From positions 9,144-73,143 of the forward strand of contig JAWCDE010000001.1 in assembly GCA_038861395.1 (NCBI GenBank): DNA of 64,000 bases. Direction: 5' to 3'. Source of the DNA: Thermoproteota archaeon. GTDB lineage: Archaea > Thermoproteota > EX4484-205 > JAAOZP01. Under the pieces are notes generated by a model that saw only the letters and a list, made by a program, of their open reading frames with translations, did no database searches and was not told the DNA's origin. Below, piece by piece: positions 52,134 through 62,015 of the stretch (positions are counted from its first letter, which is position 1; each line of letters starts with the position of its first letter). The translations under genes and the position numbers were made by a program.

Positions 52134-53612
52134 TTAAGCAAATCTTATTTGAGAAACCGCCCCGTTCTTAAGCATTAGCACTGCGACAATATTCGGAGTG
52201 GGCATTATTCCAAGCTGCTCTTGATACTTGGTTCTCTCCTGCCACGTACCGCTGTTGATCAGCCTTATCTCTCTATAAACCCCGTTTCTGAAAACGTGTA
52301 CGTGGCCCGTATGAAACACATCTGGAACCTCGTCTATGACAAGATCATCCTGGCCTTGTGCTAGTAAGGGTGTTCTAGACCCGTACACTGGTGCTAGATG
52401 CCTGAGTTGAAGCATTATCTCCATAGCGTTCTCAGGCCTATCGTAACTCGCGTTCTTGGCGAAGGTTGCAATATCCTCCATGCTTGTGCCATGATAGACT
52501 AGGAACTTAACACCGTGCAACGATACCATGCAGGGATTGCTTAGAGATATCAGGTTTCCACTGCTATCGAGTTTCTCCAAATACTCATCGAATATCGGGG
52601 GTTGCGGAATGGCTCGTAGGGTTGCATCATGATTACCAGGTATAACTATAATCTTGATATGCTCAGGTATTTGGTTCAGAAGAGTCGAAAGACCCGCATA
52701 CTGTTCTTCTATACTTCTCACTTTAAGCTCCCTTTCTTGCTGAGGATAGACCCCAACGCCGTCTACAAGATCTCCTGCTATGATTATGTACTTAACCTTG
52801 GAAGATACTTCTTTTTCCTTCTCAGTAAGACCTCCCTCTCTAAGCCAACGTATCATTCTTACGAAAGCTTTCTCAGAGAATTTCTGGCTCCCATAGTGAA
52901 TGTCCGAGGTTAAGATAGCCGCCACATCTTCTTCAGCCGGCTTAAATCTCTTTATCGGCACGTCTGGAAAAATCAGAGACCGGCAGAAAAGCCTGGAGTT
53001 AGAGACGTAGAAGGATACTCCGACTACTGAGTCGGGTAAGAGCCTGCCTATTTTCTCTTTCAAATCCTTATCACAATCCTTGGGAATCAATATCTTAGTG
53101 ATGAAATCAATATCCTCTACTACAAGGTAATTTTCGCGCTTCTCATACACCATGACTACGGTTTTCCCCTCTGAGCGATCTGGGAGACTGCATGCTTTCC
53201 TCAATGGATAGTATGGAACCATGTCCGCTCTGCTCCTTAATATTGAAGAGATCTTTGAATACCTGTCGGCGAAATACCTCCTTCTAGCCTCCAAGTCATC
53301 CGATGCCTGCCTAGCCTCGTAGGACTTCAAAACCTCGATTCTTTCTTCAACATCTTTAGCTAAAACCTGGTTATGCACGCCCAACGATACCTCCGTCTTC
53401 ATAGCACTACCTATAACTCGTTCAACATCCTTCTTTGAGACAACAACCTCTCTCTCCCCGATTTCTTCAACCAGTTTGCCAAGAACCGTATGAATCAATT
53501 TTTCATCATAGTTTTCAACAAGCATTGAAAGCGCCTCCGGGTTTAGAAGTATTCCCAAGCGAGTTGCTTCCGCTAATACCTTCTTCTTAACAGCCTCCTT
53601 ATCCTGACTCAA
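52134..53612 (-). CDS. DNA polymerase II (PolD) small subunit DP1: OB-fold plus calcineurin-like phosphoesterase
   Basis: 492 aa; C-terminal MPE motifs SDIHYGS, IIAGDLVDGVG, IPGNHD, VYHGTS, TGHVHV; domain order typical of DP1 rather than Mre11. Confidence 0.65.
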   Translation of the reverse strand: MSQDKEAVKKKVLAEATRLGILLNPEALSMLVENYDEKLIHTVLGKLVEEIGEREVVVSKKDVERVIGSAMKTEVSLGVHNQVLAKDVEERIEVLKSYEARQASDDLEARRRYFADRYSKISSILRSRADMVPYYPLRKACSLPDRSEGKTVVMVYEKRENYLVVEDIDFITKILIPKDCDKDLKEKIGRLLPDSVVGVSFYVSNSRLFCRSLIFPDVPIKRFKPAEEDVAAILTSDIHYGSQKFSEKAFVRMIRWLREGGLTEKEKEVSSKVKYIIIAGDLVDGVGVYPQQERELKVRSIEEQYAGLSTLLNQIPEHIKIIVIPGNHDATLRAIPQPPIFDEYLEKLDSSGNLISLSNPCMVSLHGVKFLVYHGTSMEDIATFAKNASYDRPENAMEIMLQLRHLAPVYGSRTPLLAQGQDDLVIDEVPDVFHTGHVHVFRNGVYREIRLINSGTWQERTKYQEQLGIMPTPNIVAVLMLKNGAVSQIRFA

Positions 53613-53705
53613 CCGTTAGAAATTAAGCAATAGAGTTTTTATTCTTTTCAAAGCCAATAAAGGATAAGGTTTATTTACCTTGCGTATGGAATAATATTGT
53701 TGTAA

Positions 53706-53891
53706 ATGTCTAAAGAAAGCTCTAAGAAAAAAGGAGGACGTAGGTCTGCTCGTCTCCCTGCAGGGACTGCAGGACTATTCAGTACTTTAGGTGAAAAAGG
53801 TAAGGGTTTCCAGATTAAGCCCATAATAGTAATCGCCTTATCGATAATCTTTATAGCACTCAGCATACTACTGCTTGCGTTGAGAATATAA
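53706..53891 (+). CDS. Preprotein translocase Sec61-beta (archaeal SecG)
   Basis: 61 aa; basic N-terminus, LPAGTAGLFSTLGEKGKGFQIKP, single C-terminal TM helix. Confidence 0.6.
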   Translation: MSKESSKKKGGRRSARLPAGTAGLFSTLGEKGKGFQIKPIIVIALSIIFIALSILLLALRI

Positions 53892-53895
53892 AAGA

Positions 53896-55665
53896 TTGTC
53901 CTCCAGAGATGCGTCTCGTTATGTTAAGTTTCTCTTTTCATTTCCATCTTTACGTGTATTAATGTCTGTAAACCTTTTACTTGAGTTAATTATTTCAATA
54001 TTTATATTAGTTTCATGTCCTATTCTCAGAGGAATCCCTCAAACTTTAATCCTATTTTTTTCACCAACATTATACTCAGTACTTATCTATGAAGGATTCC
54101 TTCGAGGAGATAAAATTCTAACCTTAAAGAGACTGCTGGCACTTCAATCTATCCAAGAGATTCTTTATCTACCGCTTGTTTCAACAGGGTGTTTACTTAC
54201 TTTCGTTTTTAGCCAAAGTCCTTGCTCTACAATATTCTTAATGATTTCGATAGGTATAGCTTTGTCATCCTTCATCTCTACACTAGTAATGCTCGGCTTC
54301 TTGAGAAAAAGAACTCTCATTATCCTCGCAATATCTTTGCTATACACGTTTTTGCAATCATCCCGCTGGCTCATATTAAGTCTGATACTAGTTGAATCAT
54401 GGGTCAAAATAATTCTGCCACTTACAATATCTTTTTCTCTATGCTTACTCTTCTTGTTTATTATAGGTCTTAAATGGGAGAAGTATTCCTGGAGGAATCC
54501 GTTAGAAATCTTCAAAGCATACTTGGAATATTACTTAAACAAAAATCCTGAACCGTTTGAAACCATTCTTGAAGAAATGAGTAAGAAAGAAGACTTAGCG
54601 TTATCCTTACTGCTCTTAATTCCCCGCGCTGGGGAAAGCTTGTCAATCTTCGGCTTATCCGCTCACTTTGGGCCATTCGGCATGATTGGCGGCAGTTCGC
54701 TACCGAGTCGTTTAATTAAGGAGTTTGAAAACAATGGTCTTCGAATAGTTCTGCTCCGTAATCTATCAGACCACCGTTTTAATCTTCCATCAGGGAGACA
54801 AGTTGAGGAGATTAGGAAAAAGATGATGGCGGCGTTAAGTTCCGCTGAATACTTGGGAAAGTGTCGGGCAAGCATAATTCAAAAAGAGGCTGAAGGATAT
54901 TGTATTACCGCGATCCGTATCTGTTCTTACTGTATTGTTCTATTATCCTGCCCAGGGTATTCCGTTGAAGACCTTCCTCCGGAATGGTTGCCGGAGTTTT
55001 CGGATATTGTGAGCCGCCACGGCCTAACTACACTAATAATCGCTGATGCTCATAACTCGATAGATTCTTCAAATTGGAAAGTATCTGAACCCGATAGGGA
55101 AATACTTTCTAGGCTCTTGCATAACGCATTGGAAATACTAAAGGAAGTGCCTCAAAAAGATTTAAAAATTGGTTTTAACAGGATTCTGCCTACTACTCTT
55201 CCTAAAGACGAAATAGGACCTGGAGGAATATCTACCCTGGTTTTCAATACTGAGGGTGAGAATCATGTTCTTATATTGATTGACGGGAACAATATGGTTA
55301 GTGGCTTACGCGATTACCTTATTAACAACCTCAAAAGCCTGCTCGATATATCGACACTTGAGATCATTACTACAGACACCCATCTCCTGACCGGTATTAA
55401 GAAGTCTAAGAAGGGATATTTTCCGATAGGTTTTAAAACAGGGAGAGAGTTTATCCTCCAATCCTGCTTAGAGTCTATTAATGGTGCTATGAAGAGCCTT
55501 TCCCCCTGTTCGGTGAAAGTTTGGATCGGGAGGGTTGATGGAGTCAAGATTACTGGAGAGATTTTTAACATGTTTGAAAACTTCGTGAAATATTGTGATA
55601 AAGTAATACGTATTTTATTTTTTGCTATAACACTACTGAATGCCTTATTGCTTAGCTTCCTTTAA
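53896..55665 (+). CDS. Large polytopic membrane protein with C-terminal soluble domain (DUF2070-like, tentative)
   Basis: 589 aa; about 8 N-terminal TM helices. Confidence 0.4.
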   Translation: MSSRDASRYVKFLFSFPSLRVLMSVNLLLELIISIFILVSCPILRGIPQTLILFFSPTLYSVLIYEGFLRGDKILTLKRLLALQSIQEILYLPLVSTGCLLTFVFSQSPCSTIFLMISIGIALSSFISTLVMLGFLRKRTLIILAISLLYTFLQSSRWLILSLILVESWVKIILPLTISFSLCLLFLFIIGLKWEKYSWRNPLEIFKAYLEYYLNKNPEPFETILEEMSKKEDLALSLLLLIPRAGESLSIFGLSAHFGPFGMIGGSSLPSRLIKEFENNGLRIVLLRNLSDHRFNLPSGRQVEEIRKKMMAALSSAEYLGKCRASIIQKEAEGYCITAIRICSYCIVLLSCPGYSVEDLPPEWLPEFSDIVSRHGLTTLIIADAHNSIDSSNWKVSEPDREILSRLLHNALEILKEVPQKDLKIGFNRILPTTLPKDEIGPGGISTLVFNTEGENHVLILIDGNNMVSGLRDYLINNLKSLLDISTLEIITTDTHLLTGIKKSKKGYFPIGFKTGREFILQSCLESINGAMKSLSPCSVKVWIGRVDGVKITGEIFNMFENFVKYCDKVIRILFFAITLLNALLLSFL

Positions 55666-55929
55666 GTGAGGATTCTCCACAACTATTTCTATCACGGGAG
55701 TTATTCTTGAAGTGCCCCCTCCGCTTTCCTCCAGAATCCTTACTTCAATTATCTGCATGCCCGCTATATTCCTACGCAGAAGATTGGCAACGTCAACTGC
55801 TCTAGAAATGTTTTCTCCCCTTCCTCTTATAATGAGGGTTTTATTCCCGCTATTAAACACAGTGATGCATGCAGTAACATAGTTCCAAGGCTTCTTCCTC
55901 CCCACGATAACTACAGCCTCACTACTCAA
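55645..55929 (-). CDS. albA: Chromatin protein Alba
   Basis: 94 aa; VIVGRKKPWNYVTACITVFNSGNKTLIIRGRGENISRAVDVANLLR. Confidence 0.8.
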   Translation of the reverse strand: MSSEAVVIVGRKKPWNYVTACITVFNSGNKTLIIRGRGENISRAVDVANLLRRNIAGMQIIEVRILEESGGGTSRITPVIEIVVENPHLKEAKQ

Positions 55930-57445
55930 TATTCATCATCTCCACTTCACTGTCACCAGTAACCTCAATGCATAATCTCCCCATACCTCTTTCTCTAACG
56001 TTACACCATTTAATTCTTACTCCCATCCCGGGTTGCAAGCCGAGTATTTTACTGGTGTTTTCGCGCCAAGCCACTACCTCCGCTACCCCCGTGTCATCCA
56101 TTAGGTTTAGGCGGCATGCTCTTATCTTTTCACCGGATGTTAAAATAACTTCTTGTTCTTCTGGGCTTGTTGAAACAATCCCTTCAACATGAACCTTCCT
56201 CATCCCAGGTTCAAGCTCGTTGATTCTATAAGTTTTCTCCGGAACCTTCAGATTTGAAAGATCTTTCTCAACGTCAATTATCGTTGTAGATGATGTTGTA
56301 CTCAGTAAGATCTGCTTCCCCTTGCTTCTTACAAGAATGTTTAGAAAAGCTATTTTCTTTCCCTCGGCATCTACTTGTTTAAGCTTGTCTATAATACTGC
56401 CCCAGCATGTTAATACGGCGTGGGACTCTCCGTCTGAAACAATAGCGTCTACCATCCTCCTCGCCCTGCCGGCTAGGGAGATAACGTTCTCCTTAAACAT
56501 CTTAAGCACGTGGAGCTTCAGATTAACGAGTTTGCCCGGATCTGCTTTAGAAAGAATGCTATACTCTGCTTCCCCTGTCTTGCTCAGTATCTCTAAACAC
56601 CCCATTGAATTAAGCTCCAGCTCTAGGCTTCCACTCAAACCCCTCCTAACTCTGGCTCCAGCTACTAGAACAGTGCTGAAAACATCTTTTTCAGTTATTT
56701 TAGTAGAATGCTCATGCCAAAGGGTTAGCGGTATCCTCAAATCACCCTCCGCTAAGACTATCCTCCTAACAGTACCTTCTCCCCTTATCGGGTCTGAAAA
56801 TTTCTTAATCTCTGAAACCCCTGCCACTACGGCCTTAACATTAACAACATTATCGTCATAACTTAATTCTCCGAGTTTTTTAAAGAAGGCTTCCCTAGTA
56901 GGGATGTCCAAGCTATCTTCAATCCTCGATATGCTTCCAGCGTTTCCTAAATGTATCTCTATGGTTCCCATCCTCCCCTCTTTACTATACGCCCTTGTCA
57001 CTCTAACCACGTCCCCGACATCAATACCAAGCTCCCGAAGCAGATTCGCTTTTTCCCTCCACAGATACAGGTAGCCCCACCCTGAGGAGTCTCCTATTAT
57101 TACTCTCGTTATCATAACCTTGCCGTCAGCAGATTCTATTTCCTTCGGCTCTAAGATTGCAATGACTCTCCCACGCGTCGATATGCTTGTAAGGCCTGAA
57201 ACAATACTGCCAATCTTGATCTCCTTCTCTAGCGAAACCTCTTCTAGTCTTATTCCCAATTCGTTTGCCACGCTGAAGACGGCCCAAACTTCCCTGTAGG
57301 CTTCGCTAACACGCGCATGCTTCTTTTTCTCCTCTATTTTCTGAATAAGCTCTTCTCTAGACATGTCTCTCCTCCTCTCGAGAATAGCCTCAATATACCT
57401 CTGGATAAGCTCCTCCCTAGACATCCTCCCCCTCTCCCATCCCAA
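55922..57445 (-). CDS. Multi-OB-fold protein, RPA-like ssDNA-binding protein (tentative); the N-terminus carries a tandem duplicated MSREELIQ segment
   Basis: 507 aa; at least three OB-fold-like blocks (GDVVRVTRAYSKEGRMGTIEIHLG; GARVRRGLSGSLELELNS; GMGVRIKWCNVRERGMGRLCIEV). Confidence 0.4.
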   Translation of the reverse strand: MGWERGRMSREELIQRYIEAILERRRDMSREELIQKIEEKKKHARVSEAYREVWAVFSVANELGIRLEEVSLEKEIKIGSIVSGLTSISTRGRVIAILEPKEIESADGKVMITRVIIGDSSGWGYLYLWREKANLLRELGIDVGDVVRVTRAYSKEGRMGTIEIHLGNAGSISRIEDSLDIPTREAFFKKLGELSYDDNVVNVKAVVAGVSEIKKFSDPIRGEGTVRRIVLAEGDLRIPLTLWHEHSTKITEKDVFSTVLVAGARVRRGLSGSLELELNSMGCLEILSKTGEAEYSILSKADPGKLVNLKLHVLKMFKENVISLAGRARRMVDAIVSDGESHAVLTCWGSIIDKLKQVDAEGKKIAFLNILVRSKGKQILLSTTSSTTIIDVEKDLSNLKVPEKTYRINELEPGMRKVHVEGIVSTSPEEQEVILTSGEKIRACRLNLMDDTGVAEVVAWRENTSKILGLQPGMGVRIKWCNVRERGMGRLCIEVTGDSEVEMMNIE

Positions 57446-57491
57446 ACCCTAGTCTAATAGGGGGCTTAAGATATTTACGCGCATCCATCGT

Positions 57492-57602
57492 CTAGCGTTT
57501 AACAGCCTTCTTGGCGATGAAGTAGATAATTACTATCATGATGCCAATTGCCAGAATAAGCGTTATCTTCTCTAAATTACCTATGAAATCGCTTAAGCCC
57601 AT
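57492..57602 (-). CDS. Small 36-aa single-TM peptide (MGLSDFIGNLEKITLILAIGIMIVIIYFIAKKAVKR)
   Basis: ATG...TAG ORF below the track threshold; strongly hydrophobic core with basic C-terminus; divergent from the FtsX-like permease gene. Confidence 0.3.
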   Translation of the reverse strand: MGLSDFIGNLEKITLILAIGIMIVIIYFIAKKAVKR

Positions 57603-57673
57603 GCCCTATTAGTCCAGAACAAAGGTTAATAAGCTTTAAATTAGTAGAGAAAACACCTGTAGGTGGAGCGGAG

Positions 57674-58324
57674 TTGAGTAGGGAAGAGAGCGTCAAATTC
57701 CCACTTTCCGAAGCATTCTCGTTCAGCCTAGAGAGTATTAAACGAAGATTTGGCAGAGCTCTCGTAACCATGGCGTCAATAATACTTGGCATATCGTTCT
57801 TGTCCTTCCTTCTCACCACCGGGAGAATAGTATCGATTATGCAACAACAATCCGGTACTGCTGTACAAGCATATCAGATATGGATGGCAATCATAGCGAT
57901 ACTCATCTGCGCTGTGGGAATAGTGAACAGTATGCTGATGAGCGTGACGGAGAGATATAAGGAGATTGGTACCATAAAATGCTTGGGTGCGAGGAACGGG
58001 CATGTGCTGGAGATATTCTTAATAGAAGCCTTCCTCCTAGGGTTGATAGGCGGCGCTATAGGGGCAGTCAGCGGCTGGGGTATAGCTGCCTTATGGCAAT
58101 ATCTCTTACCCCTAATGACGCAGCAGGGGTCTGTGCAGACCGAGGCGTTGATTATTGCAGCAAGATTATGGTTAGAGTTAAACGTTAATGAGCCGTTAAT
58201 CCTTTTGTCGAATCCACTAATAGGCATAGCTCTCAGCGTATTCATTGCACTAATATCATCAATAGTGCCTGCCTATATCGCTGCTAAACTCAGCCCGACA
58301 GAGGCTTTGAGATACGAGGCTTAG
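57674..58324 (+). CDS. ABC transporter permease, FtsX/MacB-like minimal form (TTG start)
   Basis: 216 aa; RALVTMASIILGISFLSFL N-terminal TM and C-terminal FtsX domain ERYKEIGTIKCLGARNGHVLEIFLIEAFLLG. Confidence 0.6.
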   Translation: MSREESVKFPLSEAFSFSLESIKRRFGRALVTMASIILGISFLSFLLTTGRIVSIMQQQSGTAVQAYQIWMAIIAILICAVGIVNSMLMSVTERYKEIGTIKCLGARNGHVLEIFLIEAFLLGLIGGAIGAVSGWGIAALWQYLLPLMTQQGSVQTEALIIAARLWLELNVNEPLILLSNPLIGIALSVFIALISSIVPAYIAAKLSPTEALRYEA

Positions 58325-58327
58325 GAG

Positions 58328-59062
58328 GTGTTTCAAATGGCTATGAGATATGAATATGCTGTCGAAACCGAGGATCTTGCTAAATACTACATAATGGGTC
58401 CTGTGACCGTTAAAGCTTTAGACGGCGTGAGTGTGAAGATAAGGAGATCAGAATACTTGTCTCTCATGGGTCCTTCGGGAAGCGGAAAAACTACTTTCTT
58501 CAACATGGTCGGAGGCTTAGACAGGCCCACCAGGGGGAAGGTTTTCATCGACGAAGTGGATATAGCAAGCCTAGACGCCTACGAGCTGGCGTGGCTAAGG
58601 GCTAAGAAAATAGGGTACGTCTTCCAGACCTTCAACCTAATACCTGTGCTAACGGCGATGGAAAACGTTCTACTGCCGATGATTTTCACGGGTGTTGAGA
58701 GAGATGAGAGAATGAGGAGGGCTAGGGAAATGCTTACTAGAGTGGGACTTGGAGAGAGACTGGACCATAAGCCCGGAGAACTATCAGGAGGACAACAGCA
58801 AAGAGTAGCAATAGCAAGAGCACTAGTCAACGACCCAGTAATAGTCCTGGCAGACGAACCCACGGGAAACCTAGACCTACACACAGGACTGGAAATAATT
58901 AATCTTTTAAAAACATTAAACACAGAGAAAAAAGTAACAATAATCAATGCGACTCACGATCTCAAAATGATCGACGTCTCAGATAGAATATTTTGGCTAC
59001 GCGATGGTAAGATTGAGAGAATCGAAACCAGGGCTGAAGTCGCCGTCAGGGAAGTAGAGTAA
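58328..59062 (+). CDS. ABC transporter ATP-binding protein (MacB/LolD-like)
   Basis: GPSGSGKTT, LSGGQQQRVAIARAL, LADEPTGNLD. Confidence 0.8.
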   Translation: MFQMAMRYEYAVETEDLAKYYIMGPVTVKALDGVSVKIRRSEYLSLMGPSGSGKTTFFNMVGGLDRPTRGKVFIDEVDIASLDAYELAWLRAKKIGYVFQTFNLIPVLTAMENVLLPMIFTGVERDERMRRAREMLTRVGLGERLDHKPGELSGGQQQRVAIARALVNDPVIVLADEPTGNLDLHTGLEIINLLKTLNTEKKVTIINATHDLKMIDVSDRIFWLRDGKIERIETRAEVAVREVE

Positions 59063-59118
59063 ACAATTAAAACCTCAAACGTTCAACTCTTTAACATAAG
59101 TTTAGATAAAACTGTTTT

Positions 59119-60036
59119 CTACACTAAACGCTTAACTATCCTAAACCTCGTTAGCAGTTTGTAAAGAAAAGGTAAAGCTGCCCCCATGAATAGAAGAGCT
59201 AGGAAAAAATGCACACCTTGAACAAAACTGCTTCCCTCCTCTTCCTTCAACTGAGGGAACTCTACAGTAGTCTCTTTGATTTTTATCCAGTCGAAACACA
59301 ATATACCATTCTCTAGCAGTATATCGTCCATATACATTCCACCAAAGACCAGGAGCGAACTATCCCTTTCATACACACTGTTAGTTATAAGGATACAAGG
59401 CGAATTTACATACGGGAGAGAGAGCACTATTTCAGCGTTAACTACAAACACGTATCTGAATGTTCCAAGAGGAGTTTCAAATGGAACGAGTCTCTCTAAA
59501 AAAATATAGTTCGCGTCAACTCTCTCCCCCAAGAAATTTAGGAGAAGAATAGTCCGGTTACGTTGAGACGTAAAGCTTCTCCATAGGGGGAAGATACCGA
59601 TGAATTTTCCGTCTTTATACGTCGCTAAAGTCTCCAGCTCAACATCGCATATGAGTGATGTTTGCAGCATTTTAAACGGGATCCAGATTATTTTCTCACC
59701 GGGCATTATGAGTCGCTTATGCGGTCTCCACGCGTTAAGATCTAGACTAATGTTAAAACGCGCAAAAGTGGCATTCATATCAATAAGTTCAAATCTATAA
59801 GTACCATTGCAGGGGTAAAGACCCATACGTGTTATTTCTCCCAGGCCTGTGAGATTCGGCAGCGAATTGTAGAGGCTGGAGTTAGGGAGCAGCCAAAGTC
59901 CAATACTCGTAGAATCTACGAAATACTCTACGTAAAACCCGGGCTTAAGCCATTCAGGCTCAGGCCTGAGCCTGATGGCAATTAGTTGAGGAAAGATGAG
60001 AAAAAACAGTATTGTTAAAAACAGCAGTCTCTTCAT
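59119..60036 (-). CDS. Secreted/membrane-anchored protein rich in N-glycosylation sequons, hypothetical
   Basis: 305 aa; N-terminal signal/TM, C-terminal TM; at least 6 NxS/T sequons. Confidence 0.4.
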   Translation of the reverse strand: MKRLLFLTILFFLIFPQLIAIRLRPEPEWLKPGFYVEYFVDSTSIGLWLLPNSSLYNSLPNLTGLGEITRMGLYPCNGTYRFELIDMNATFARFNISLDLNAWRPHKRLIMPGEKIIWIPFKMLQTSLICDVELETLATYKDGKFIGIFPLWRSFTSQRNRTILLLNFLGERVDANYIFLERLVPFETPLGTFRYVFVVNAEIVLSLPYVNSPCILITNSVYERDSSLLVFGGMYMDDILLENGILCFDWIKIKETTVEFPQLKEEEGSSFVQGVHFFLALLFMGAALPFLYKLLTRFRIVKRLV

Positions 60037-60040
60037 GTTT

Positions 60041-60424
60041 TCACTTTATACCTGCAAATTCTCCGATTCCGGCGATTGCATACCCAATTGGCCCAACCGA
60101 AACACCACTATCTCTCATATATACTAGAGTCCTAGTATATCCCCCATTTATAGATGTCCCTGGTTCAATTTTGTAATAAAACTGGATATCGGGCCTGAAG
60201 TAGTAAGTACCTCCGCCTGAACCTCTATGCGTAAAGCTGAAATAACCAACGTTAGGTACGTGCCAAGCTCCTACATAAGCATACGCCCACCAAGAATAAT
60301 CGGAGGTATATCCCTTTCTGTAATCATCATCCCAACTGTAATATTGATCACCTATGCTTAGCACCGCTACTAATGGGAGAGTGACTAAAGCTAGAAATAG
60401 GGTTATTCTTCTCTCAAATATCAT
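60041..60424 (-). CDS. Small secreted Tyr/Trp/Gly-rich protein, hypothetical
   Basis: 127 aa; N-terminal signal/TM; aromatic-rich low-complexity. Confidence 0.35.
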   Translation of the reverse strand: MIFERRITLFLALVTLPLVAVLSIGDQYYSWDDDYRKGYTSDYSWWAYAYVGAWHVPNVGYFSFTHRGSGGGTYYFRPDIQFYYKIEPGTSINGGYTRTLVYMRDSGVSVGPIGYAIAGIGEFAGIK

Positions 60425-60539
60425 GTTCCCGCCATCAGCAGTATAAGTCGATGTAACTTATAAATTTTATGTTAAATGTCTAATAACGACATAAAACATA
60501 TTTAAATATCGGTTTTAAAGCATTCTAATTATACTGAAG

Positions 60540-61259
60540 ATGAGCGTGGTAGAAGCATTTAACGTTTCTAAGAGGTTTGGGAAAATCATTGCGCTTGAGA
60601 ACGTGAATCTTTCTCTTAATAACGGGGTCTATGGGTTAGTGGGGCCAAATGGCTCCGGTAAAACAACGTTCATCAGAATCATGCTGGGTCTTCAAAAACC
60701 ATCATCCGGCAGGATCCTCGTATTCGGTAAGGATCCTTTCTACAGTCACGAAGAGGTTTTTTCGAAAATCGGCTATTTAAGGGAGAAATGCGTCTTCCCT
60801 AAATGGGTTAGTGGAATGGATTATCTAAGGCATGTAGCTAGGTTGAAACAGGTGGATTTAGATCAGAATGTTATTCACCACCCTGTTGTTAAAGGAGATT
60901 TCCTAGAAAGAAAGATAGGCACTTACTCCGCAGGCATGGTTCAGAGACTAGGTCTTCTCCAAGCGTTGATTGGAGACCCTTCTCTCATCATACTGGATGA
61001 GCCTTCTACCAACCTGGATCCTCTCGGCAGGATTGAAATGGTCAGGCTCATTCAGGAAATCAAACGCCGCGGCGGGAAGACCATAATAGTTTCAACCCAT
61101 ATTCTGGAAGAGCTTGAACAGATATGCGATTTCATAATTGTTATGAAAAAGGGGAAAATCATTGTGCAGGACGCTTTGGAGAAATTCGTTAAAAGCTTCT
61201 CGCTCGACGGCACTTTAGCAAATGCCTATGCGAGAATCATGGAGGGCACTCAGGTTTGA
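60540..61259 (+). CDS. ABC-2-type transporter ATP-binding protein
   Basis: GPNGSGKTT, YSAGMVQRL, IILDEPSTNLD. Confidence 0.8.
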   Translation: MSVVEAFNVSKRFGKIIALENVNLSLNNGVYGLVGPNGSGKTTFIRIMLGLQKPSSGRILVFGKDPFYSHEEVFSKIGYLREKCVFPKWVSGMDYLRHVARLKQVDLDQNVIHHPVVKGDFLERKIGTYSAGMVQRLGLLQALIGDPSLIILDEPSTNLDPLGRIEMVRLIQEIKRRGGKTIIVSTHILEELEQICDFIIVMKKGKIIVQDALEKFVKSFSLDGTLANAYARIMEGTQV

Positions 61260-62014
61260 ATCTTGAAAGCATCCGCTGGGAGCTCAAGAAACTATTCGCA
61301 TTCCCAATACCGGAAATCATGATCGCCAGCATGATATTCAACGGGACGATAATGCTGCCAAGTCTTATGGGCTCCTTATCCTCAGAAGACGTAGGCTCCT
61401 TAGAAAGTTATACTATTATCTATTTTTTTGCTAAACAAATTCTATATCCAGTAGTTTCTTTTGCTTTCGTAATACAAGGAATACTTATGGGAGTGATAAC
61501 TGCAATTATATTACCGTATGAACGCGAATCCGGTATGTTAGATACGGAACTCGCCTATTCGAGAAATAGAACAGAGCTATTTGCAGCTAAACTTATTGCT
61601 TTAATTCTTTTCGGCATTATATGTCTTTTTACTTCAACCATAGTGCTCCTCGTCTACAACTTAAGAGGGGCTTGGTTAGTAGAAACATTCTTTTCTTTTT
61701 CATTTTCTTGTTTCTCTTTATTAATTCAAACAATATTTATCATATCTTTAAATGTCCTCATCTCTACTGTTTCAGATAGAACCGTTATTTCGATTTTGTC
61801 AAGTGCTTTAATTTTTTACTCACTGGATAACTTGATTAAATATTCTAATCTTCAACCGGGATCCTTCCTGTATAATATTCCGCCAATTTCTACGTCCAAA
61901 TTTCTTATTGTCCCGCATGAAGCAGTTAACAATTTAATAGCCACTTTCACTATTTCTCTCGGATTCTTATTAATCGCTTTTATCTATTTTACCCGTTTCT
62001 ACGAGGTGAAATGA
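61256..62014 (+). CDS. ABC-2-type transporter permease
   Basis: 252 aa; 6 TM helices; translationally coupled to the ATPase. Confidence 0.6.
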   Translation: MNLESIRWELKKLFAFPIPEIMIASMIFNGTIMLPSLMGSLSSEDVGSLESYTIIYFFAKQILYPVVSFAFVIQGILMGVITAIILPYERESGMLDTELAYSRNRTELFAAKLIALILFGIICLFTSTIVLLVYNLRGAWLVETFFSFSFSCFSLLIQTIFIISLNVLISTVSDRTVISILSSALIFYSLDNLIKYSNLQPGSFLYNIPPISTSKFLIVPHEAVNNLIATFTISLGFLLIAFIYFTRFYEVK

Positions 62015-62015
62015 G

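Noticed and set aside
53675-53866. 63-aa minus-strand ORF
   Set aside because: Antisense to the Sec61-beta-like gene, which has the stronger family signature.
57577-57819. 80-aa minus-strand ORF
   Set aside because: Overlaps the N-terminus of the FtsX-like permease gene, whose N-terminal sequence matches the family; a better small ORF candidate is 57492-57602.
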